Source: Ruditapes philippinarum (lineage: Eukaryota). From it: a stretch of DNA of 64,000 bases. A model generated the notes under the pieces. The model had not been told where the DNA came from and did not search any database. It worked only from the letters and a program-made list of their open reading frames with translations. Positions 11,728 to 24,225 of the stretch are shown here, one piece after another (position 1 is the stretch's first letter; every line of letters starts with the position of its first letter). The translations under genes and the position numbers were made by a program. The DNA lies in the NCBI RefSeq assembly GCF_026571515.1, contig NW_026856458.1, forward strand, positions 310,001 to 374,000. The letters run 5' to 3'.

Positions 11728-14700
11728 AATATAGATAAATACAGAATCCCTTAAGAAAGCCCAACACGGCAAAATTGAAAATGTTGCAGGCTCGGTTTGA
11801 TTGAGCCTGTTCATGGACGGTACTGGAAAGTGCAAGTTACCGTCCACGCCCCCTAGCACCGGCTTAAGCAGAATTCAACATTTAAACATGAAATGGTTAA
11901 ATTTTGAATTTAGAAACATCCGCAGATGTGTTCATACGGCGGTTATCATGGAACCTTCAATGTGACACTTCCGTGCCATTCCATGAAAAGCGGCGTATGG
12001 TCCCCAAGTAATAAAAAGCATGTGCCCTAAACGAGAAAACAATGGGCGGAACTAAAAAAAATGGAATTTTGAAAGGGGATCAGAGGTTATGAAGCCTGCG
12101 TATCACAGATAAGACGTCAAAAGACAATTTAAAAAGCAGGCAACATATCCTAAGGGTGATTCAACATTATTCAAGTAGGAATATTGGAACCACCCAACTA
12201 GAAAATGCCGAAAAGTTGAAACTTAAAATACCACAAGCACAACAATTATGTCGTGCTGAACGATCTTCAAGGATCGAAAATATAACATCATTGATTAAAT
12301 GTACGGGGAGACTTTTTACAGCCGCCACACGGCACAAATAACACGGATGTGATCTTAATATAGATAAATACAGAATCCCTAAAGAAAGCCCAACACGGCA
12401 AAATTGAAAATGTTGCAGGCTCGGTTTGATTGAGCCTGTTCATGGACGGTACTGGAAAGTGCAAGTTACCGTCCACGCCCCTAGCACCGGCTTAAGCAGA
12501 ATTCAACATTTAAACATGAAATGGTTAAATTTGAATTTAGAAACATCCGCAGATGTGTTCATTCGGCGGTTATCATGGAACCTTCAATGTGACACTTCCT
12601 TGCCATTCCATGTTAAGCGGCGTATGGTCCCCAAGTAATAAAAAGCATGTGCCCTAAACGAGAAAACAATTGGCGGAACTAAATAAAATGGAATTTTGAA
12701 AGGGGGTCAGAGGTTATGAAGCCTGCGTATCACAGATAAGACGTCAAAAGACAATTTAAAAAGCAGGCAACATATCCTAAGGGTGATTCAACATTATTCA
12801 AGTAGGAATATTGGAACCACCCAACTAGAAAATGCCGAAAAGTTGAAACTTAAAATACCACAAGCACAACAATTATGTCGTGCTGAACGATCTTCAAGGA
12901 TCGAAAATATAACATCATTGATTAAATGTACGGGTAGACTTTTTACAGCCGCCACACGGCACAAATAACACGGATGTGATCTTAATATAGATAAATACAG
13001 AATCCCTAAAGAAAGCCCAACACGGCAAAATTGAAAATGTTGCAGGCTCGGTTTGATTGAGCCTGTTCATGGACGGTACTGGAAAGTGCAAGTTACCGTC
13101 CACGCCCCCTAGCACCGGCTTAAGCAGAATTCAACATTTAAACATGAAATGGTAAAATTTTGAATTTAGAAACATCCGCAGATGTGTTCATACGGCGGTT
13201 ATCATGGAACCTTCAATGTGACACTTCCGTGCCATTCCATGAAAAGCGGCGTATGGTCCCGAAGTAATAAAAAGCAGGTGCCCTAAACGAGAAAACAATG
13301 GACGGAACTAAATAAAATGGAATTTTGAAAGGGGGTCAGAGGTTATGAAGCCTGCGTATCACAGATAAGACGTCAAAAGACAATTTAAAAAGCAGGCAAC
13401 ATATCCTAAGGGTGATTCAATATTATTCAAGTAGGAATATTGGAACCACCCAACTAGAAAATGCCGAAAAGTTGAAACTTAAAATACCACAAGCACAACA
13501 ATTATGTCGTGCTGAACGATCTTCAAGGATCGAAAATATAACATCATTGATTAAATGTACGGGGAGACTTTTTACAGCCGCCACACGGCACAAATAACAC
13601 GGATGTGATCATAATATAGATAAATACAGAATCCCTAAAGAAAGCCCAACACGGCAAAATTGAAAATGTTGCAGGCTCGGTTTAATTGAGCCTGTTCATG
13701 GACGGTACTGGAAAGTGCAAGTTACCGTCCACGCCCCCTAGCACCGGCTTAAGCAGAATTCAACATTTAAACATGAAATGGTAAAATTTTGAATTTAGAA
13801 ACATCCGCAGATGTGTTCATACGGCAGTTATCATGGAACCTTCAATGTGACACTTCCATGCCATTCCATGAAAAGCGGCGTATGGTCCCCAAGTAATAAA
13901 AAGCGTGTGCCCTAAACGAGAAAACAATGGGCGGAACTAAATAAAATGGAATTTTGAAAGGGGATCAGAGGTTATGAAGCCTGCGTATCACAGATAAGAC
14001 GTCAAAAGACAATTTAAAAAGCAGGCAACATATCCTAAGGGTGATTCAACATTATTCAAGTAGGAATATTGGAACCACCCAACTAGAAAATGCCGAAAAG
14101 TTGAAACTTAAAATACCACAAGCACAACAATTATGTCGTGCTGAACGATCTTCAAGGATCGAAAATATAACATCATTGATTAAATGTACGGGGAGACTTT
14201 TTACAGCCGCCACACGACACAAATAACACGGATGTGATCTTAATATAGATAAATACAGAATCCCTAAAGAAAGCCCAACACGGCAAAATTGAAAATGTTG
14301 CAGGCTCGGTTTGATTGAGCCTGTTCATGGACGGTACTGGAAAGTGCAAGTTACCGTCCACGCCCCCTAGCACCGGCTTAAGCAGAATTCAACATTTAAA
14401 CATGAAATGTTAAATTTTGAATTTAGAAACATCCGCAGATGTGTTCATACGGCGGTTATCATGGAACCTTCAATGTGACACTTCCGTGCCATTCCATGAA
14501 AAGCGGCGTATGGTCCCCAAGTAATAAAAAGCATGTGCCCTAAACGAGAAAACAATGGGCGGAACTAAATAAAATGGAATTTTGAAAGGGGATCAGAGGT
14601 TATGAAGCCTGCGTATCACAGATAAGACGTCAAAAGACAATTTAAAAAGCAGGCAACATATCCTAAGGGTGATTCAACATTATTCAAGTAGGAATATTGA

Positions 14701-14933
14701 ACCCACCCAACTAGAAAATGCCGAAAAGTTGAAACTTAAAATACCACAAGCACAACAATTATGTCGTGCTGAACGATCTTCAAGGATCGAAAATATAACA
14801 TCATTGATTAAATGTACGGGGAGACTTTTTACAGCCGCCACACGCACAAATAACACGGATGTGATCTTAATATAGATAAGTACAGAATCCCTAAAGAAAG
14901 CCCAACACGGCAAAATTGAAAATGTTGCAGGCT
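11728..14933 (+). repeat. Tandem array of ~5.1 near-identical 627-629-bp units
   Basis: Unit start aatatagataa at 11728, 12357, 12984, 13613, 14242, 14869; only a few substitutions or indels between units. Confidence 0.97.
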
Positions 14934-15514
14934 TAAGTTTGATATGTTTCCCTTTTCAGGGTTTTTGTATGTATCTGAAACAAGAGTATGCTGTGTATAA
15001 TTTACATTATTTAACACGATAACACACAAATTCCGAAGATGGCTTTTATCAAATTTTAATTGAAAGTCAACGCTTTTGTGTAAATTATTCCATTATAGAA
15101 AAAAACCTTTCACTTCAAAATTGTGGGAATTGCGTAAAATCAATAAATAAACGGCAGTTTCTCTAACCACAATGTCGCATCATTGCTGGCAAGTGTCTCA
15201 AAAACTTCAGCCGTTAAATCTCGCAAAATGTCGCTCAATTGTCTATAACCATTTTATGTCACAAAACGATGTTAAAAAGGTGTTAATATTTGTTAAATTA
15301 GCAGCTAGTATATTTTGATTTTAATGGTTCGTAAACTCCAAAATTTTAAATGCCAACGGCTCCTTGGCGATAGCATGTTTTACCTTCTGAAGAAACTGAA
15401 CCTGAAGATATATAATAAAGCAAACAGTGTCACTTTATATTTCAGAAAGAACATCGTCACATATTGAGGAAGATTGAAGAAAAATTAATTGGAGTGTGAA
15501 AAGCTTTTTTTTAA

Positions 15515-15859
15515 AGTGACATTATGCTCATATTTTCATATTCAAGTTGAGCTGAACTAACTATATATTTCAAAATATTGACTGTTAAAATGGTGATTGA
15601 CCAACAGTTCATATTGGAAAATGATTTGGATAAAATTTAAAATTTGCCTAAATTATAAAAAGACTGCCCACTCTTTTTATGAACTGAACGTTACAGGTAA
15701 ATTCTAATGGATATTTAAGAAAAATCGTTTTGATCTATGCGTTATTTATTGTTAATGTGAAATAATTGTTTTTATTAAGAGGAATTAAGGCAAAATGAAA
15801 ACTTATTTTGAATTTTTCCTCTTCACTCATTTATACACTTGGATTGGCATAATGTCACT
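15515..15859. mobile_element. Kolobok-type MITE (family B)
   Basis: ttaa|agtgacattatgc ... gcataatgtcact|ttaa: perfect 13-bp TIR with TTAA TSD; second copy at 22700-23030. Confidence 0.8.
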
Positions 15860-16299
15860 TTAATGCATTTGCTCTATATAAATTTCACTTACAAAACGAG
15901 ACGTCAAGTTAAGCATCATACTAGTAATGCTTGGATATAGAAAATTTATTGTCATTTTTCTTTTCTGACAAAAGAAGAGAACATGACTTCAAATGTTAAC
16001 AGTATTTTATGAGACAGTGAATGTTGGCGCAATAGATAATGTTCATTTAAATTAAAATCTGTTATGCACACATTTATAACTTACTTATTTCAATATAGGC
16101 CAGTAAATGTAAAGATTAACCTAGAACTAATTGCAACAGAATTTTTATCAACACCTCACGAAAGAACTTAATCTTAAGTGCTTAACATAAAAAGTCCCCA
16201 AATTTTGCGTTTGCAATTAAAAAGATAAGAACGGTTTTATTTAACGATTTTTTCCGTATTAAAACTTGATCCGACTACGCTACCATACCACTAGATTTC

Positions 16300-16345
16300 A
16301 CGCGCATTGCTTGTGACGTCAATGAAAATAAGTATGGCGGCGCCC
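16300..16345 (+). promoter_or_regulatory. Promoter-like motif cluster (CRE + YY1-like)
   Basis: TGACGTCA at 16314-16321 followed by ATGGCGGCG at 16334, in a locally CpG-richer patch. Confidence 0.4.
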
Positions 16346-17744
16346 ATATTGAATCTATGACGGCTTCCAACAACCTGCGTTTTGGAATTTCTAAACCGTT
16401 TGAGGTAAAATACAAGGTTTTACTCCAAATCTAGATAGGTTTAAATTAATCCAATATTTTTTCAGATGTTTATATCGCAAATCTTTCGACGATAATGTTT
16501 AAATAATAAAGAAATCGGCGAATAATTCATGCTTGCACCATTGTAAAAAAAATAATACTAATTATAAAAAAAGCTTTGAAAAGACATGAAAAAATACACC
16601 TAGACGTAAATTTTGTACTATTCTTTCATTTGCAATTTGCCATTTCTTTATAATTTATACGAAACAAAAAGAATGAATTGATAATTTTACTTCGGTTGTT
16701 GACGATTTTTGTTCTACGGAAGCAAATACGGACCATAAATCTAACATTTGATTATTATTTTTGCTACTCTATTTTGATTTAATTTTCGCTTTAAGTAAAG
16801 TTTTACCATTGTGTGGGCACAAGTAAAAAATTAAAAATTACTTTTAAGGAATTTCTATGCGTCATTACAAATTATAATAATGGCAAGATCATACAGTTTA
16901 GTTTTGAAACTTGTTGTAAATTGCGAGATAATATAATTAACAAACACATAGTCATCAAACTTTGTCTTATTTTGAAACATTTTTGGACGTTTTTTTTTTT
17001 TATTTAATTCTTTTTTAATTTTTTTTTTAATTAAGTTTAACTCAACAAACATTAAAACTTTGATAAAATAGCAATGCAATAATATAACTTGATATTTTTA
17101 CTATTATGAGAATCTTATTGTTTTGAATCTTTTAATATATTTTGATCAATGTTTGCAAAATGTAATTTATTTGATCTCTATCAAAACCAGTGATTTTTTG
17201 TTCCAGATGAACACCAAGTTCCTGTCTAAACTTTGCAAAGAGTCAATCAATGACAACAAAATCTTCTGTCCGTATTTAAGTTGGGGAAAAGGGAAACCAA
17301 GGATATCTGCTGCTTGGAAAAACAATCACTTGAATTTGAAATAAATCCAAAAATTCATGTCCCAAAATTTTTTTGGACAAAACATTTATAGCAGATACAT
17401 CTGCTGAAAGAAAGTTCTGTAGCTCCCAAATTTCAAGCCTGGATGGTTATTTTGTGGAACCTTTGCTAGATAAAGTATCTTGAAAAGAAAAAATCTTTTA
17501 ATACTATTTTGTTTTCTGGATTAAAATTATAAAAGCACTTATATAAATAGATAGTGGTGATCAGTGGACAGATAATGTGAAAATTCGTCTGCCTCGTGTT
17601 CCTTTACCATCATTGATGTAACGTTAATTTAAGGACGGACAGGAAAAGGCATTCTGAGGGCATATCAGACAGAAATGCGCGAACCACTTACATTTAGAAG
17701 TCCTGGCTGACCTGGAAAGGGAACAGAGAGATGCATTTGAAAAG
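16334..17744 (+). pseudogene. Probable degraded multi-exon gene fragment, product unknown
   Basis: Exon-like blocks 16334-16404 (MAAPILNL*RLPTTCVLEFLNRL; donor gag|gtaaaa), 17207-17474 (ttccag acceptor) and 17551-17744 (DSGDQWTDNVKIRLPRVPLPSLM*R*FKDGQEKAF*GHIRQKCANHLHLEVLADLEREQRDAFEK|gtcatt), with in-frame stops and frameshifts. Confidence 0.35.
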
Positions 17745-17854
17745 GTCATTTAATTGATTTATATTTGGTGACTTAGTGTCCAAAATGACAAATACATGTG
17801 ACAACAAAGCCAAACATATGAAGAACACTGGTTATAATGTGGAAACAAGCATTT

Positions 17855-18151
17855 ATTTTGTTAATGTTACCATTTAACCCAATTTAATGATAGTGGTTGG
17901 TACTTTTGACTCCGGATCACAGTTTAGCTACTGTATCATTCCTGGGGAGACTGTAAAGTAGTTTACCATTACTATTGCCTTCATTTATGCAATGAACTGT
18001 ACCTAATGTGCCAGAGCAAAGGTACAGTGCGAATAACCGTACACAGGATTCCATGATCAATCACAATGAAGGTGACCTACTCAGTCCTGGAATCCAACCC
18101 AGGTCTCCATTCACATTCCAACGCTCTACCTACTGAGCTAACCATGTGGCT
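17855..18151 (-). mobile_element. tRNA-headed SINE, Meta-domain-like
   Basis: Minus strand: TAGCTCAGTAGGTAGAGC (A box) ... GGTTGGATTCC (B box), then gattgatcatggaat...tacggttattc, resembling the Meta-SINE core as I recall it; A-rich tail. Confidence 0.65.
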
Positions 18152-18674
18152 CTTAAGTTAAGATCTTCTTATGTTTATTAGTAGATCTGACGATGGTCGA
18201 AAGAAGGTCACGGTCATGTAACCTTTTAATCGGCTAATCTGTGGTCGCTTTCGCGTTCACGAAAATGGAGCACTTCTATAAACCAGACACGAGTAATGCG
18301 ATTAACATGATTTCACGATTACATTTGACAAAATGACGATGCCCTGTGACACTTTTAAGATAAATGGCATAACTGGATTTAACGTTTTGTTACCGAAATT
18401 AATAGTCTAGAATATAATTTTTCGCAGAAGTTATTCTAAACATCTACTTCAATTTTTTCTAAGGCAAAAACAATTCACAGATGACATGAATAATTGTCTG
18501 TAAGATTTGCTAAAATAACCTTATTATAAAATCCAAATAGGCTTAAAGTCGAAAAAGAGTTACAGGAAATAAGATCTACATGTTATACACATAAGATTTT
18601 TAGAAGTTAGGATTTTCCGAAACTTCAGTCAGATTTGCGTGGGACTGTGAACCGGGCGATTCAAGCAATGTACA

Positions 18675-18850
18675 GGATTGATCATGAAATATACGGTCAT
18701 TTGCATTGTGCCACTGCTCTGGCATATAAAGAGGAAAGTAAGGGCATTTAGTACTGGTCAACTGGTTTGCATCCAGCACAGGAATGGCGCGGTGACTCAG
18801 CTGTGTTCTGGTGAATTCAACTTGACTTACATTAATCTTGTAAATAAGTT
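18675..18850 (+). mobile_element. Headless copy of the same Meta-domain-like SINE
   Basis: gattgatcatgaaatatacggtcatttgcattgtgccactgctctggca aligns with the minus-strand copy at ~18005-18065. Confidence 0.55.
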
Positions 18851-19162
18851 AGAGTGTCTGTGTATGCCATTTGTTACTCTAGCAATAGAATGAATAATGA
18901 CATGTGTGAATTTAAAACTGGTACTGTTTATATGAAATCAAATGTACGTTATATCTTTATTTGCATTTTTTTAAATTTTGTGAATGGGGAAAAATAAAGT
19001 TATTTCCTTTTTGATAGACAATGAATATACTTGTTTTACTGTAAGTGTAAATTTATTTGAGATTGTTGAGCGAGAGTATCAATGAATATGTTATATGTAT
19101 AAACTTGGCAAGTTTGTTACTATAGCAAGGATAATGTAATCGTGACACAATTTATGAACAAC

Positions 19163-19801
19163 ATATGGTAAACAAGATCAACAAGGAAAGGCGGGGTTCA
19201 ATGAACGGCCTAGCAGCTTTGGTTATACATGTATATGTAAAAAACGCTTATAAAGGGTATACCCTGTCGAACATCTTTAATTATAACATTAAACTGTTCT
19301 ATTTACTGATTTATTATATTGTTGGGCGATAAGGTCGTTGGCTTTACACCAAAAGCCTCTCACCAATATAGGTTTGAAATTTGAGCCATATAAGGGTCAT
19401 ATTCTAACAAGAATGCTAAATGGGACACTGATGTAAACACAATACGACGTAAGTTTTTTTGTTGAAAACTTGTTGTTGAAATATCTTCCCCCTTTACCCC
19501 TAGTTTTTATTTCTTTGATTACGTCCCCCCCACCCCCTTCCTCCGGTCTCCTGTCCCCTTCCCCTGTGCCCTTTGACTTTGTGGGCCTATTATTCAATCA
19601 TTTATTTCTTTTCTTTGATTCCTAATCAGTTACAAATTATTTAGCATTTAGTGATTGGCCTGTCCGAGCTCTGTCTTGTGCCCTGTCCTGTTTTTGTTTG
19701 ATGTCCGTCTGGGCTCCTTGCCACTTGTTTTTGTTGCTGGGTCGTGTGGGGGGTTGCGTTCATTGAACGCCGCCTTTCCTTGTTGATCTTGTTTATCATA
19801 T
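19163..19801 (+). mobile_element. Element bounded by 45-bp inverted repeats (Penelope-like tail with inverted end, or TA-flanked MITE)
   Basis: 19163-19207 is the reverse complement (2 mismatches) of 19757-19801; related copies at 3712-3860 and 35452-35498. Confidence 0.6.
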
Positions 19802-19969
19802 TTGATAAAATAACGTTATTTATTATTATTTCTTTTGTTTAATAATTTCTATATCTTCGCAACAGAAGGGTGCTAAAATCAACATCGTTATACAAAAATC
19901 GGCACAGGAAGTTATTTCCGCTTGAAAAAATAACATTAGTGATCTTCCTCATTTTATCGTGTTAGAATC

Positions 19970-20141
19970 GAAATAACATCGGCCTGAGAGGTGTATATCG
20001 GTTATTTAACACCGGTTTTGTCGTTTTGATACGAAAAAATTAACCACTCAGGTCTTCGGCCTTCGTGGTCAATTCTTACGCATCAAAACTCCAAACCGGT
20101 GTTAAATAGTCGATATGCAACTCTCAGGCCGATGTTATTTC
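19970..20141. mobile_element. ~170-bp palindromic (fold-back) MITE
   Basis: gaaataacatcggcctgagag...aacaccggttt / aaaccggtgtt...ctctcaggccgatgttatttc arms centred on ggtcttcggcc. Confidence 0.8.
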
Positions 20142-22699
20142 TTAAACAAAATATAATTATGGTTTCAATTAATGCAGCCAATGTTTATCTCTTCGTAATT
20201 GTAAAAGAGGACTAAATAAGTTTGAATAACTTGAGTCTAAGCACATCTCTAAGCTCAAGCAGGTGTGGTGGCTTTGACACCTGGTGTTGCTTTAAGTTTG
20301 TAACACCCGAGGTGAGCCAAGTCATCTTTCACAGTTCGGTGCCATGTGACCAAATTTGTGTTTGTAGTGCCTTAAAATCAACCAACCAAAGAAAAACTAT
20401 TCTGCAATAATACCATGAGTATGTCAGTAACTCGAAACAGGCGTTGCTATGATAGCAGAAGCTCACGAGGCTCTTACGTTATAATTGCATTTTCGTGTGT
20501 TATAAACGTTCCTTTGAACCTTAAAATAGACTTGATGTGTTTTGTTTGATGAAATGACAGTGGAAATCGTATGAACATAAATGATGTTATCAGGAAACAT
20601 TCCTGTAATATATAAGCTATACTTTTTTAAAATGCATTAGTGGGTGGGGTAATATTTTTATGCAGTTTTAGTAAGAAAAGTTATTAATCGTATGCTAACT
20701 GCATTTATATTGATTGACATTTGACACTTTAATTTTTTAATTAAGTTTTGATATTGTTATGGTATATTTGATAATTTTTTACAATAAATATTGATATGTA
20801 AACTGACTTCCTGATTCTGTATATTTTTTCATGAAATCCAAGGTACCATGAAATTAAGGCATTATTTTCTCAGTAATGGCAACAGCAAAAGTTCGGGACT
20901 TTTTATGGATAAATGTACATACATACTAGTTTCAGAAAAACAAACTTTTAAAACTGTTGCAATTAGTTCTAGGTTGACCCCCATATTAGGGTATATTGAC
21001 TGGACTAATATGATTTAAATATTTATAGATATCTAAAAGTCACGTTATGCCCATCCAAGTGTATATAATACGTGAACATGTGAAAGTTAAAGTAAGTTTG
21101 TATTTTAGTACACCCACAGACAGAATACAAGCTATTACAATATATGTAACAAACGAAGCCAGCCATTTGCCCAACATCAGCAGATACCGACAAGGTGTAC
21201 TTTTTAGCAGTATTAGCACGCGTATAAATGCCTGGGGAATCTACAATCAAATGAATAATCCGGTAGTTTGAAAAGCGCAGCTATTTATTAAATTTTCCTG
21301 AGTTCATCATAATATCCCGAATTATTACATAAACCACGACACAGGAGTGTAATAAATCTATTTATTTTCCAATAAATGCATGATAAAGAGTGTTCTGGAG
21401 GAAAATTGCTGGTTCGTACCTGAGAGGCAATTACATCGCAAATCAGTCTTATACAAGAAGAAAATACAACAATTTTTAGCAATAACTTTTTAATTTCTTT
21501 TGGCGAATAATTAATAATGACTGGGTATAAAAACCATTTCGGAACTTTAAATACTCATCATATTTGCTCCGACAACGGTCGCAAATAGAAAAACGTTATG
21601 TTAAATTTCATCTGAGAGGATTAGTCAAATATGAAATTTTGCAAAATTAACACAATTGATATGCACCGACAACGGTTACACGTATTTCATGTATGTCCGA
21701 TATTTCACACAAACATTTTTGATGTCCTTTGAGTCATATCATAGTGTTGCAAGAGCAACGACAACAGTTGCATCAAGCAATTGACTAATGTCTTTTCGAT
21801 TAACAACTGACTGTAATTTAAGTACTCCGTCGCCCAGCATATAACATGTGTCCCAGTCATCTAGTTGACTCCTGAAAAGTAAAACAAGCACAGCAGAAAA
21901 AGGGTTGCGGAGGGAGAGAAATTAAAAACCTAGATTAAGAATTTTACAAAATATTTTAAAATATGATCAGCAGCTACCTTTCTCATAGAGTTCGAGAACG
22001 AAAATGATGCAGTAGGCTCACACAGTTCCTGATATAGTGTTCTAAATATAGCTCTCAGACAGAGCATGGGTATTGATACGCAGTTTTACTGATCGATAAA
22101 TAAAGAAATGTGTCATTTATGTAAAATAAAAGAGTTTTTAAATCTTGAATGATTAAACTCTGATATTATGAAACAATATGACACTAATTTATGTGAAGTC
22201 ATGTGTCTTCTATACAAATAGCGTTTGAGCGTCCTTATATTAGCTTTACACTTTAGGCCGATTCTGTTAAAGCAGTAAGCTGTTCTTGTTTTAGATACAT
22301 GATAAATACAATGAAATATTCATGCAGATTCATTTCTAAATTTACTGAAATCGTTGAATTAATTTAATTTAATGTTTAATCTTCTCTCATTCAATATCCA
22401 CAATGTACACTGTATGAATTGACTTTTTATTGCACCAAATGCTATTACTTTTAAGAAGACTGAAATGTACTGTCATAATTATATGCATACGGGTCGTGAT
22501 TTGTCTCAAAATATGGATGAGAAGGCTTGTCGAATTACCTCATTTTAAATGTTCAAGGTCGGCTTTTGAAATGCAATCACAAATCACGGCATTTATAAGT
22601 CATTGACAAAAGGAATTGCAATGCAGGAAGGAGATAAATATTGAGTGTCACATTAAACATCCTCTTCCCTAGGATACCATTTTTTAGCTTTTGTCTTAA

Positions 22700-23030
22700 A
22701 GTGACATTTTTTTCATATTTTAATCGTCAAATTAAGCTGTTTCAAATTTATTGATAATTATAATGGCGATTGACCAACAGTTGATATTGGAAAATGTTAC
22801 AACAAAATATAAATCTGCTTAAATATTAAAATAACTTCCCACTTTTTAATAAATTGAACGCTATAGGTAATATCCGATGGATATTTTTAGAAATTTCTTT
22901 TGGCCACGTGATTTATTTGTGTTCATGCTAAATAAATTATAAATTTGACAGGAATAATGTAAAAAAGTAAACTTATTTTTACTTTCACCAGTTCACTCAC
23001 TATATACTAATAGATGGGCATAATGTCACT
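22700..23030. mobile_element. Kolobok-type MITE (family B), diverged copy
   Basis: ttaa|agtgacatt ... gcataatgtcact; internal gattgaccaacagtt.atattggaaaatg shared with ~15595-15625. Confidence 0.75.
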
Positions 23031-23337
23031 AAAACAAAAATCAAAGCTTACACATATGGAAAGAAACAAGGGAGTCTCTGTCATGTGTCTGTGGAAAATT
23101 GGTCATGGTGCCGCTTTTATTTTACATTTATTGTATGTGCACACCTGACTACGTCATATCTGTGACTAAAGTATAACTTGACGTTTTTATTGTATTTGTC
23201 CGTTAATCTTTAATCAGACCTAATCAGATAGAACTTACTATTTTAATCTTTAGGTGTTTTAACACATATAGATTACATTTTTCCCACAGCTCACATTTTA
23301 GTAATAATTATATTCTTCAATTGGTTTATGAGATGGT

Positions 23338-24225
23338 AAAATAGAAAAAACACGAATCCCTCAAAAGCCCAAAACGGCAAAATGTTGCAGCCTCGGTTTG
23401 ATTGAGTCTGTTCATGTACGGTACTGTCAAGTGCAAAAAATACCGTCCACGCCCCCTAGCACCGGCTTAAGCAGAATTCAACAATTAATATGAAATGGTA
23501 CAATTTTGAATTTAGAAACATTCGCAGATGTGTTAATACGGCGGCTATCATGGAACCTTCATTTTGACACGTCTGTGCCATTCCATGTAAAGAGGCGTAA
23601 GGTCCCCAAGTAATAAAAAGGAGGAAACAAGGGGCGGAACTAAACAAAATTTAATTTTGAAAGGGGATCAGAGGTGATGAAATAGATAAATACAGAAGCC
23701 CTAAAGAAAGCCCAACACGGCAAAATTGAAAATGTTGCAGGCTCGGTTTGATTGAGCCTGTTCATGGACGGTACTGGAAAGTGCAAGTTACCGTCCACGC
23801 CCCCTAGCACCGGCTTAAGCAGAATTCAACATTTAAACGTGAAATAGTAAAATTTTGAATTTAGAAACATCCGCAGATGTGTTCATACGGCGGTTATCAT
23901 GGAACATTCAATGTGACACTTCCGTGCCATTCCAGCCCGTGTATCATAGATAAGACGTCAAAAGGCAAAGTTAAAAAACAAGCAACATATTCTAAGGGCG
24001 ATTCAACATTATTCAAGTAGGCATATTGGAACCACCCAATTAGAAAATGCCAAGTATTTAAAAATACAAATACCAAAAACACAACAATGATGTCGCGCTG
24101 AACGATCTTAAAGGATCGGAAATAAAAAAATCTCTGATTGAATGTACGGGCGACTTTTGACAGCCTCCACACGGCACAAACACCGCTGATGTGACGGTAA
24201 TATAGAGAAAATAAAAATCCCTAAA
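23338..24225 (+). repeat. Diverged monomer of the 628-bp unit containing a young 253-bp insert
   Basis: 23338-23681 plus 23935-24225 form one diverged unit; 23682-23934 is nearly identical to the first ~255 bp of the array units. Confidence 0.85.

Noticed and set aside
11814-11856. Hairpin followed by CTAG as a Helitron 3' end
   Set aside because: Followed by C rather than T, the loop is long, and most copies continue past it; only the 60480 copy ends near here.
12255-12280. Hammerhead-like ctgaacga...gaaa in the 628-bp unit
   Set aside because: CUGANGA spacing is off by one and stem II does not close correctly; ctgacga at 18188 likewise lacks stem II.
12156-12341. 61-aa ORF repeated in each 628-bp unit
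   Set aside because: GTG start, no recognisable motif, retained only because the units are near-identical; not preserved in the diverged monomer.
18630-18893. Apparent further exon of the 16334 pseudogene (ORF 18678..18893)
   Set aside because: The sequence aligns with the neighbouring SINE body.
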